A stretch of DNA of 18,474 nucleotides from assembly GCA_044352465.1 (NCBI GenBank), contig JBILDU010000062.1:1-18474 (forward strand). Reading direction: 5' to 3'. The notes beneath the pieces were generated by a model. It worked only from the letters and a program-made list of their open reading frames with translations, was not told where the DNA came from and searched no databases. Shown piece by piece: positions 1-7,621 of this stretch; positions within the stretch are counted from its first letter, which is position 1; every line of letters starts with the position of its first letter. Origin of the DNA: Bdellovibrionota bacterium. Its GTDB lineage: Bacteria; Bdellovibrionota_C; UBA2361. The position numbers and the translations under genes were made by a program.

Positions 1-1227
1 TACTATCTCGGTCGATTTTATGAGGGCGCAGGTCAGATGACCGAAGCGGAGGCGAGTTATGAGCGCGCGGTGAAGCTCACCCCTGATAACATCACCCTGC
101 ATATCGACCTCATACGAGTCGCGATAAAGAACAGGAAGTTTGAGCGGGCGCGCGAAATCTGTGGCGCGCTCTTGGAGCGGGATCCGGGTAACGTCACCGC
201 GCGGCGGGTCCTCGGGCAGCTTCTTATCGGCGAAAATAAGCTTGATGAGGCGCTGCAGCATCTGCAGGTTCTCGAGTCGGTTGAGGAGGATGCCTCGGAG
301 ACCCGTTTCAAGATCGCGGTCATCCAGATTGAGAAACAGAATTACCCTGAGGCTGTTCGGGAGCTAACGCTTGTTCTTGCGAAAACACCGGAGCATGCGG
401 CGGCGCGGTATTATCTCGCTTCGATTTATGCCGGTTCAGGTCGTCGTCGTGAAGCTGTTGATGAGCTGCTCAAGATCGCTCCGGCGGATGAAATGTTTGT
501 GAAAGCCCGGATGTTCGCCGGATTTATTCTCCGCCAAGAAGGGGACCTTGGGGGAGCTGAGCGGGTGGTTCAAGAAGCTCTTGATAAGGAGCCGGAGAAT
601 AAGAGTGTTCTGTCATACCTCATCTTGGTGCTCCGAGAGGCAAGTCGCTACGAAGAGGCTCATGCACTGCTGCAGCGTGCGGTTGCGCGTGATTCGAGCG
701 ATGAGAAGATCCTCTTTAATCACGCCGTTGTCCTCGCCGACCTGGGTCGTCGAGACGAAGCAGTTGAGGTGATGGAGCGAGTGATCGCGATGAACGCGCG
801 CTATGGAGATGCACTCAACTTCATCGCCTACCACTTAGCCGAGCGTGGGGTCGAGCTTGAACGCGCCGAGGCTCTTTCAAAGAGAGCGCTCGAGACCTCC
901 CCAAACGATGGGTATTACCTCGATACCCTCGGATGGATTTATTTTCGCCAGGGTCGCTACCTTGATGCCGAAGAGCTCCTCTCGCGGGCTGTTTCATTGA
1001 CCTCGGGTGATGTCGTCATCGTCGAGCATTACGGAGATGCTCTTATCAAAAATGGTAAGATTGATCGTGGCGCTGAGGTGTATCGCGCGGCGCTTGAGAC
1101 CGAACTCGATACTAACGGCCGTAAAGAAACTGAGGTCGCTGAACGGCTGCGGCGGAAGATCAAGTCCCTTGGTGATAGCGCGGAAGGTCCCGCCCGTTCA
1201 GGGGGCGGCTTTATGGTGCCGAACTAA
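1..1227 (+). CDS. Tetratricopeptide-repeat (TPR) protein, 5'-truncated by the window edge
   Basis: Frame 1 is open from base 1 (YYLGRFYEGAGQM...), so the true start lies upstream. Tandem TPR-like helical repeats (e.g. ALNFIAYHLAERG, YYLDTLGWIYFRQGRY, IVEHYGDAL) resemble the TPR proteins usually encoded just upstream of lolB-like genes. Confidence 0.9.
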   Translation, partial: YYLGRFYEGAGQMTEAEASYERAVKLTPDNITLHIDLIRVAIKNRKFERAREICGALLERDPGNVTARRVLGQLLIGENKLDEALQHLQVLESVEEDASETRFKIAVIQIEKQNYPEAVRELTLVLAKTPEHAAARYYLASIYAGSGRRREAVDELLKIAPADEMFVKARMFAGFILRQEGDLGGAERVVQEALDKEPENKSVLSYLILVLREASRYEEAHALLQRAVARDSSDEKILFNHAVVLADLGRRDEAVEVMERVIAMNARYGDALNFIAYHLAERGVELERAEALSKRALETSPNDGYYLDTLGWIYFRQGRYLDAEELLSRAVSLTSGDVVIVEHYGDALIKNGKIDRGAEVYRAALETELDTNGRKETEVAERLRRKIKSLGDSAEGPARSGGGFMVPN

Positions 1228-1235
1228 TCGTTTCG

Positions 1236-2060
1236 ATGAGAGGTTTCATGCGGATACGGTCCGGTGCGGCGGTGTCTCTTCAGATACTCGCGCTTTTGTT
1301 TGCTTGTGTCTTCGTCACGGGATGCGCGCCGCGTAAGCTTCCCGCTCTTTGGGAGACCCACACGATTTCTATCGCGCCGACTGAGTCGCAGGAGCTGCTG
1401 ACGCGGCTGGCGAAGCAGGGGAGCGAACTCAGAACTTACCGAGCTTTGTTTACGACCACGCTCCAGCGTGGCCGCGAGAGCGCTTCCTTTCGACAGGCGG
1501 TTGTTTTCGAGCGTCCTGATAAACTAAGGATCGAAGCGCTACCTCCCCAAGGTGCATTGTCGCTGTATCTCCTCATCGCGCGGGATGGGATCGTTACCGC
1601 GCTTGTTCCCCCTGAGAAGCAGGCCCAGCGCGGGCCCTCGAGCACGGGGCTCTTTCGCCGTTACCTCGACCTGCCCTTTCGGGAGAGTGAGATTATGGCG
1701 CTGGTATCGGGGGGGCTCGAAGATGGCGTCTTAGCGCAGGGAGCGGAGGTGCGGTGTGGCGACAACGATTGTATCGCCCTGCGGAGCGATGGACGGTACC
1801 GCTGGCGTTTCAAACGTGACTCCGGGTTGCTCGCCGAGGTCTCGATGCGGGATGCGCTGAAACTCCGCGAGCGGGTGATCGTTCGGTACGGCGATTACCG
1901 CGCAGTGAACGGCCGCATGCTTCCCGGGGTGATAACTCTTCAACTACCTGAAGATGAGGTGAAAGTCACGATGGCTGCAACGATGCTCGCCGCCGAGCAG
2001 TCGATCAATCCTCGGGTATTTGACGTGGCTATTCCGTCGGACTACTCGATCCAAGAATAA
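1236..2060 (+). CDS. Lipoprotein of LolB-like/DUF4292-like fold (outer-membrane lipoprotein-sorting type)
   Basis: Hydrophobic signal peptide ending in lipobox V-T-G-C (Cys codon 1323-1325). Beta-rich motifs FERPDKLRIE and VRYGDYRAVNGRMLPGVI are typical of LolA/LolB-like folds. It starts 8 bp after the TPR gene; the start could be the second Met (1248). Confidence 0.7.
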   Translation: MRGFMRIRSGAAVSLQILALLFACVFVTGCAPRKLPALWETHTISIAPTESQELLTRLAKQGSELRTYRALFTTTLQRGRESASFRQAVVFERPDKLRIEALPPQGALSLYLLIARDGIVTALVPPEKQAQRGPSSTGLFRRYLDLPFRESEIMALVSGGLEDGVLAQGAEVRCGDNDCIALRSDGRYRWRFKRDSGLLAEVSMRDALKLRERVIVRYGDYRAVNGRMLPGVITLQLPEDEVKVTMAATMLAAEQSINPRVFDVAIPSDYSIQE

Positions 2061-2103
2061 AAAGTTATCAAGACATTATTCGAGGGGGAGCGCCAAGACG
2101 GAA

Positions 2104-3819
2104 CTAGGTACCGTTCAGTTTTGCCTCAAGTGCTCGTTCGCCGGCCCGCAGCGCGGCTCGTGCAACCGCGAAGTTGATGTACACCAGCAGCGCTGCGGCG
2201 GAACCCACCGCCGCATACCACTCGAGGGTTGTGAAGGCATATCCGAACGAAACAAGGGTTCGGAGGAAGATAAGCACCATCGCTGGGAAGACGTTCAGTG
2301 CGATGACGATGGTGCTACATAACATGAAAACAAGGCTCCCAAAGCTCGCGGCAAGTTGCGAGGGATGCTCCCAGTCGAAATTAGCGAACACCGCCCCGAG
2401 TCCGATCGCGAGCGCTACCAATCCATACGAGATGACGCAGCTCGTGGCGACCGTCACCAGAACGGTTCGTGGTGGCGCGCCGATAGCAAACGCACCCGAT
2501 GCAAAAATAACGCACGAGATGGCGATCACTGGCATCAACCAGCAACGGAATTTAAATCGCAAGATCTCTCGCACCGAGAGTGGAGCTGTCTGGAGAACCC
2601 ACCAGGATTGCCCTTCGAGTGACAGGGAGGGAAAAACGAAACGGGTGCACACCGCACTGACGACGAACGCTCCCATCGCCAGGTTTGAGAGCACCAAAAA
2701 TCCCCGCCACCATAAAAGAGTTGCTTCGGGAAGCCCTTTGACGGCGTGCAGAATCCGGAAGTTATACAAATAGAGCAGACATAATCCGAGAAGAAGGAGA
2801 AGCTGGAGCGCCTGTGAGAGATCTCGAGTAAAAACTTTATATTCTTTTCCCAAGATCGCTCGCTGGGGTTGTTGGGCAAAGGGTGTGAGCCGAACGAGCC
2901 AAGTTTGGGCGGTACGACTCTTGAGGCTGAGCCCCCGTGAGCTGCTGCGGGCACGCGAAAAGGCCCCATCATGGAGATAGTGAACGACGAGATAGGCTGC
3001 CGCAGTCGCACCCGCTGCGGTGGTGGACAGGAGTGCGACCCCTGGCCACACCGCCTTCCCCGTGGGCGCGAGCGCCTCGCCCAGTGAGTGGGCCATCCAG
3101 AACGAAGGAAGCCAAGACTTATTGGGAAGGGTGAGGAGTGCGAGGACCCGGAGAAGCTCTTGGACGTCGTTGAGGATGTCGACACTTGAGCCGATGAATT
3201 CAATAAACGAGTGCACTACTCCGATGACGAGGATTCCGACAACAAAAAGCACCTCGCGAGTACGACTCGCGGGGATTATTGCGGTAAAGAGTGAAACGGC
3301 GATCATACCGAGTGCCAGGGGAATGAAGAGAAACGGTATGAGTGTCAGAACGGCGAGGGTGTAATACCGAAGCGAAGCCCCATAAGCCACGCCGAAAGCG
3401 CTCAGCATCGGTGCCGCAAAGATGAGTACCATCCACGATGAACTGAGCCCGATATCGAGCATCCGCCCGAAGAAGAAACGGGGGCGGGAGAGCGGCGAAG
3501 CAAGGATAAGTTCGAGGTCGCGTGCCAAAAAGAGACTGCCGAGTGTCGCGACGCCGTTCGAGAGGACGAGCATCCCGGAGAGAATGAGCAAGATTAATCC
3601 GAGCGGGATGTGCGGAGGAAGATATGCCAAGGCAACAAAAGATTGAATCTTCTGCAGCGCGCCGAGGGTCCCGAGGTAGATGGCAACGATAACGCACGCA
3701 GCAAAGCCCACAATAATCAGGTCCCGTAGCATCTGCCGCTTCGTAAACGTCTTTCCGCGCCAGCGATTACGGAGAGTCAGATACTTCGGTCGTAGGAGAA
3801 CGGGAATGAATCTATGCAT
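2104..3819 (-). CDS. Putative ABC exporter permease subunit (multi-TM, ABC-2-like)
   Basis: 571 aa with two blocks of about 6 TM segments. Motifs LFLARDLELILASPL, KEYKVFTRD, SLEGQSWWVLQTAP and NFDWEHP are characteristic of this putative exporter family. Its start overlaps the ATPase stop by 8 bp. Confidence 0.85.
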   Translation of the reverse strand: MHRFIPVLLRPKYLTLRNRWRGKTFTKRQMLRDLIIVGFAACVIVAIYLGTLGALQKIQSFVALAYLPPHIPLGLILLILSGMLVLSNGVATLGSLFLARDLELILASPLSRPRFFFGRMLDIGLSSSWMVLIFAAPMLSAFGVAYGASLRYYTLAVLTLIPFLFIPLALGMIAVSLFTAIIPASRTREVLFVVGILVIGVVHSFIEFIGSSVDILNDVQELLRVLALLTLPNKSWLPSFWMAHSLGEALAPTGKAVWPGVALLSTTAAGATAAAYLVVHYLHDGAFSRARSSSRGLSLKSRTAQTWLVRLTPFAQQPQRAILGKEYKVFTRDLSQALQLLLLLGLCLLYLYNFRILHAVKGLPEATLLWWRGFLVLSNLAMGAFVVSAVCTRFVFPSLSLEGQSWWVLQTAPLSVREILRFKFRCWLMPVIAISCVIFASGAFAIGAPPRTVLVTVATSCVISYGLVALAIGLGAVFANFDWEHPSQLAASFGSLVFMLCSTIVIALNVFPAMVLIFLRTLVSFGYAFTTLEWYAAVGSAAALLVYINFAVARAALRAGERALEAKLNGT

Positions 3820-4558
3820 AGACGTTCGCCGTCAGCTGAAGGAACATCTCTTCCAGTCCTGCGTTTTGGAGACCGTTGCGTGCCTGAATCTCGCCAACGG
3901 TTCCGGTATCAAGGAGCGCACCCTGATGAATAATCGCGACCCGGTCGGAAACCTCTTCGGCGACGTTGAGGGAGTGGGTCGAGAGAAGAATCGACATTCC
4001 AGCAGCGGCGTAGCGACGAAAGGAGTCCTTCAGCAGTTTAGCGCCGTGGGGGTCGAGCCCCACCATCGGCTCATCAACGATGAGCACGCGTGGCTGAGGA
4101 ACGAGCGCCGCGCAGGTGGCGAGTCGTTGCTTCATTCCATGCGAATAGCTCTCGATCAGTTCATCTTGCCAGTCGCGGAGCGCGTAATCGGAGAGAAGCT
4201 CGTCGATTCGCCGGTCAGCTTCGCGGGGCCGTACGCGGTACAGGTCAGCGACAAAGTAGAGATGCTCCCGTCCGGTGAGTTTCGGATAGAGGTGTGGCCG
4301 ATCTGGAATAAAACCGGTCAGCGCTTTTGCCTTGGTCGGCTCATCGAGGAGACTAAATCCGCCGATAAAAGCCGTGCCCGTTGTCGGACGTAAGATTCCT
4401 GCGAGAATCCTCAACGTGGTCGTTTTACCAGCACCATTCACCCCGAGAAATCCAAAGATCTCGCCTTGATTGATGCGGAGAGAGATGCCCTTGAGGGCGG
4501 TGAACGAGCCGTAGGTCTTGGTGATCCCGTGTAGTTCGATCATAGGTGATGCCTTCAT
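3812..4558 (-). CDS. ABC transporter ATP-binding protein
   Basis: Walker A GVNGAGKT, signature variant YSHGMKQR, Walker B/D-loop VLIVDEPMVGLDP, H-loop STH. Confidence 0.95.
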   Translation of the reverse strand: MKASPMIELHGITKTYGSFTALKGISLRINQGEIFGFLGVNGAGKTTTLRILAGILRPTTGTAFIGGFSLLDEPTKAKALTGFIPDRPHLYPKLTGREHLYFVADLYRVRPREADRRIDELLSDYALRDWQDELIESYSHGMKQRLATCAALVPQPRVLIVDEPMVGLDPHGAKLLKDSFRRYAAAGMSILLSTHSLNVAEEVSDRVAIIHQGALLDTGTVGEIQARNGLQNAGLEEMFLQLTANVYA

Positions 4559-5277
4559 AGGTTCTCTCCGACGTGGTGTGCACGAGAGAAAGGTCGGAGT
4601 CTCTCGATGATGGAGGTTATGTCGATAGCGCCCCTTGCCCCTGTCTCGCAGGAGCCACTCCCCGCAGTGTTCGCGACCACCGAGAGAGCTAAGTCATCAG
4701 CAAGTGTGCGAAGAAATGCGGTAGCTGCGCCGCTATCGAGTGATGTTGGCAGCCGAGGGTATTCGATTTGGAAGGTGGTTGGACCGGTTTTAACGAGCGT
4801 AATGGGTCCGGGAACGATCAACTCAAAGGAGCGGGTGGTGTCACGAAGCCGACCGGAGACGGAGAGTCGTAGTGGTGTCACATCCGCTGCGGAAAGTGTT
4901 ACGGAGAAGAGCGGCGATTCGACCGTGACCTGTCCCCGCGCCAATTGAAGGAGGGGATTAAAGTAGGCGCTGAGCGTCGCCGTGGTCGCACTCTCCTTGC
5001 CTTCAAAGAATGTGCGTAGGTGCAGTTTACTCTGGAGAGTGGGGGTCTCTTCAGCCGAGAGCGTCGTCACCACCTCGCCGGCACAGGCCCCACGACTCAT
5101 CAGCGTGGCACGTGAGCTCCCTGCCTCAATAGCGGGAAAGCCGGTGCGAAGCGGAGTCTGCTGCTGATGGAGTGGGAGGTAAAAGAGATACGTGAGCACC
5201 CCAGCGGCTAGGAGGACCCCGTAGGCCACGCAGAGGTCAAAAACGACTTTTCCCGATGATCGCGTGGGGGATTCCAT
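4555..5277 (-). CDS. Hypothetical protein with a single N-terminal membrane anchor; first gene of the ABC operon
   Basis: 240-aa ORF with one hydrophobic segment (VVFDLCVAYGVLLAAGVLTYLFYLPL) followed by a Thr/Ser-rich, beta-like domain with two further Cys. ATGA stop/start overlap with the ATPase gene. Confidence 0.75.
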   Translation of the reverse strand: MESPTRSSGKVVFDLCVAYGVLLAAGVLTYLFYLPLHQQQTPLRTGFPAIEAGSSRATLMSRGACAGEVVTTLSAEETPTLQSKLHLRTFFEGKESATTATLSAYFNPLLQLARGQVTVESPLFSVTLSAADVTPLRLSVSGRLRDTTRSFELIVPGPITLVKTGPTTFQIEYPRLPTSLDSGAATAFLRTLADDLALSVVANTAGSGSCETGARGAIDITSIIERLRPFSRAHHVGENL

Positions 5278-5416
5278 ACCTCATGCCGTGGGCCGAAAAA
5301 ATAGAGGACTCCTCGAGAGTTAAGATGCTGCAGCACGGCGGAAAGGAACGGGCGAGTAACCTCCCCAGGCGATCTTTTTAATCATCAGGCTGGAATCGGG
5401 GCGGTGAAATCGACGG

Positions 5417-5539
5417 GCGTGTCAGACCGATATCATCAACTGACACGCAAATAGGCCAGGGGAGTTTCGAAACGATACTCCGATAATCCCCTGGTCTTTG
5501 GGCGGCGCAGGGTTGAACCCGGCCCCACGACCGCTCGAG
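5417..5539. other. Cluster of three consecutive stem-loops (candidate structured RNA and/or terminator)
   Basis: GCGTGTCAG 5417-5425 / CTGACACGC 5440-5448; GGCCAGGGGA 5454-5463 / TCCCCTGGTC 5487-5496; TTTGGGCGG 5497-5505 / CCGCTCGAG 5531-5539. Imperfect positions are G-U pairs on the + strand. Confidence 0.4.
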
Positions 5540-5569
5540 GTGCCCGAAAATATAATTGGGGGATAATCG

Positions 5570-5755
5570 CTAATTGACTATCGCAGGGGACATCCTGTTT
5601 TTTCGAAGGATGCTTTCAATCGTAATCGAGGCGAGCTGATAACCTTCAGCCTCTGAGCTCCCCGACTCGAGAGCGATCTCGGTGATAGCCTCGATGAGAT
5701 CTCCGATGGTCGTCTCAACGATCTCGACAGCGGTCTCGGTCAGTACTTTGTCCAT
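5570..5755 (-). CDS. Small acidic helical hypothetical protein (61 aa)
   Basis: ATG start with a GAGAGG Shine-Dalgarno (complement of 5764-5769) 8 nt upstream. Amphipathic pattern TTIGDLIEAITEIAL...EGYQLASITIESIL. Occupies an otherwise empty gap. Confidence 0.7.
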   Translation of the reverse strand: MDKVLTETAVEIVETTIGDLIEAITEIALESGSSEAEGYQLASITIESILRKNRMSPAIVN

Positions 5756-5780
5756 CTCGATTACCTCTCTTAAAACCTTC

Positions 5781-5852
5781 TCTTATCGAAAAAGGTCCGG
5801 GGTGGATGCCCCGGTCTATAACGGCCGGGTTCGCCCGACTCTATCGATAAGA
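5781..5852 (-). promoter_or_regulatory. Candidate structured 5' leader (three-way junction) of the 61-aa gene; the inner hairpin could instead be a terminator for trmB
   Basis: P1 5852-5839 pairs with 5794-5781 (14 positions, one U-U mismatch, one G-U). P2 UCGGG-CGAA-CCCGG (5838-5825). P3 CCGGGG-CAUCCA-CCCCGG (5814-5797) is followed by ACCUUUUU. Confidence 0.45.
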
Positions 5853-5899
5853 TTAACGTGGCCTAAAAACCGTTTTGTAAAAAATTTGCCACAGCCTTC

Positions 5900-5929
5900 A
5901 TTATACCCGCGGGTTTTCGAGCCGACCAA
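5900..5929 (-). promoter_or_regulatory. Possible sigma70-type promoter for the 61-aa gene, overlapping the trmB stop
   Basis: The minus strand reads TTGGTC-N18-TATAAT: perfect -10, weak -35. Confidence 0.3.
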
Positions 5930-6596
5930 TTTTTTTTGCGTGGAGGTACATCACCGGCAACCCCTTGGAACGAAACAAGCTTTCAAACTCGGTCGGTGGG
6001 GTCGCCTCAGCTAACGGAGAGTTATGCAGGTCGTTCTCAAGAGCCTCGATGTAAAATATTTGTAACGCATCGAGAATCGCCCGGGTGGCGGCGAAATATC
6101 CGGCATGATCGGTCTTGTAGGAGAGAAAACCGTCCGGTTTCAGCATTCCATGGATCGCTTTGATAAAATCAGGATTCAGAATCCGATTTTTATGCCACCG
6201 TTTCTTATCCCAAGGATCAGGAAAGTTAATGTACACCGCGGCAAGGCTCTCGCTCCCGAACGTCTCCGGCATCTCGAAAGCGCTTTGACGAACGAGCAGG
6301 ATGTTCTCCAGTCCGAGCTTCTCCGCTTTCTCCGCTGTTCTAAATATCCGTTTGAAACGGATCTCGTAACCGATATAGAGGGTATTCGGATCGCGGCGGG
6401 CGAGCTCAATGAGATGTTGTCCGGAGCCAGAACCGATCTCAACCGCGACAGCTTGATAGCGCCCGATTCGCGTGCGTATCTGCTCGAGGCCTGCCGCGTC
6501 GAGACTTTTACCCGTGGCGTTGACGATGTATTCGGGCTTTGAGCCCATGAGGTCGATATACTGGTTACGCCAGCGGCGATTTTCCATGAAAGACAT
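5901..6596 (-). CDS. trmB: tRNA (guanine(46)-N7)-methyltransferase
   Basis: Diagnostic motifs VEIGSGSG, YIGYEIR, INFPDPWDKKRWHKNRI, YKTDH and TEFESLF. The start may be the ATG at 6587. Confidence 0.93.
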   Translation of the reverse strand: MSFMENRRWRNQYIDLMGSKPEYIVNATGKSLDAAGLEQIRTRIGRYQAVAVEIGSGSGQHLIELARRDPNTLYIGYEIRFKRIFRTAEKAEKLGLENILLVRQSAFEMPETFGSESLAAVYINFPDPWDKKRWHKNRILNPDFIKAIHGMLKPDGFLSYKTDHAGYFAATRAILDALQIFYIEALENDLHNSPLAEATPPTEFESLFRSKGLPVMYLHAKKIGRLENPRV

Positions 6597-6716
6597 AGGC
6601 AGGCTGAGTCTCAGAAAATAGTTGAGAACAAGCGGCCATGGTGCGGGTAAGTACCCGGAGAGTCAAGTTGGGGGCTCCCCCGAACTACTCAAAAGGGGGA
6701 GAATCGTGGTGTCGCG

Positions 6717-7616
6717 ATGGAGAGCGCTGCGATGTTTACATGGTTATCATACTACCTCGATAGGATTCGTTACCCCCACGTGGTGGATTTTATCTCGATG
6801 GGGCTTGGAATCGAGGCGCGCTACCGCCGTTGTGCCCGGGCATGGGAGCCCCACTTGCGGCTTACCCAGGAGTTTCTTGAGGCGGCGGCCTCCGACCTAT
6901 GCCCCGCGGCGCGCATCGCTATTCTTGGAGCGGGACGACTTCTCGATGTTCCGATCGATAAGCTCATGGGAATGGCCAAGGAGATCCATCTTTTTGATGC
7001 GGATCCGGGGTGCCTGCGAAGGTGGCGGGCGCTCCCGCCGGAGCGAGCCCTCGTGGTGCCCCATATCATGGATCTGACGGGGACGCTGGCGCGGTGGACC
7101 GAGTCTTTGCGGAGCGATGTGCGGATGTCGGCAATCACCGCGGATGCGGTGGCGGAAAGTCTTGAGAATCTTGCCGTGGATAAGCCACCGAGTCTCGAGA
7201 GTTATGACTTGGTCATTTCGCTTAATCTGTTAAGTCAGATCCCGATATACTGGCGCGATCGAGTAGAGTCGATCGTTGGTCCGCGGCTCACTGATAATCC
7301 ACGAGTAGCGACAGCCTTGGAGCGAACGTATGGGCAGCTTCAGACCGCCCATCTAAAGCTTCTCTCAAATTCAAACGCTCGCCGAATTGTTCTCGTTACC
7401 GACGAACGCTTCTTTTACTATCGAAACGATATTGCCCCGTGGCAGGAGGAGCAAAGCCTTTATCTCGATTCCCTCTTGCTGGCTGGGTATGCGGTTTCCA
7501 GCTCCGACAGTTGGTATTGGCACATCATTCCGCAAGGGATTGAGGAAGCTGACTTTGGCAGTATTCATGCCGTAAAGGCGTTGGAGTTCCGGCGGACTCC
7601 TGAGCGTTCAGGCTGA
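6717..7616 (+). CDS. Hypothetical protein with a class I SAM-methyltransferase-like Rossmann fold
   Basis: Motif I-like IAILGAGRLLD, acidic end of beta-2 (IHLFDAD), IMDLTG and motif IV-like YDLVISLNLLSQIP. Divergent from trmB. The start may be the ATG at 6732. Confidence 0.7.
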   Translation: MESAAMFTWLSYYLDRIRYPHVVDFISMGLGIEARYRRCARAWEPHLRLTQEFLEAAASDLCPAARIAILGAGRLLDVPIDKLMGMAKEIHLFDADPGCLRRWRALPPERALVVPHIMDLTGTLARWTESLRSDVRMSAITADAVAESLENLAVDKPPSLESYDLVISLNLLSQIPIYWRDRVESIVGPRLTDNPRVATALERTYGQLQTAHLKLLSNSNARRIVLVTDERFFYYRNDIAPWQEEQSLYLDSLLLAGYAVSSSDSWYWHIIPQGIEEADFGSIHAVKALEFRRTPERSG

Positions 7617-7621
7617 CGTCT

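Noticed and set aside
3680..4393. Long antisense or alternative-frame ORFs (237 aa here; also 2174-2773, 2535-3203, 8069-8623 and 11300-11935)
   Set aside because: They overlap well-supported genes, lack recognisable motifs and are expected shadow ORFs.
5382..5441. Hammerhead-like CUGAUGA and C/D-box-like UGAUGA...CUGA on the minus strand
   Set aside because: No stem II plus GAAA follows the CUGAUGA. The CUGA is simply part of the hairpin stem, and C/D RNAs are not expected in bacteria.
5497..5526. tRNA T-arm-like GGGTTCAACCC on the minus strand
   Set aside because: No proper 5-bp T stem, D arm, anticodon arm or acceptor stem can be built.
5806..5836. c-di-GMP-I riboswitch P2-like string CCGGTCTA...GGCCGGGTT on the + strand
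   Set aside because: No GGCAAA/GAAA/GACGCAAA P1 arm, and no + strand gene downstream.
5781..5852. SAM-I riboswitch, because the stem begins UCUUAUC and ends GAUAAGA
   Set aside because: The core motifs (GAGGGA/GGCCC kink-turn arm, GCAACC, GGUGC.AA) are absent and the element is too short.
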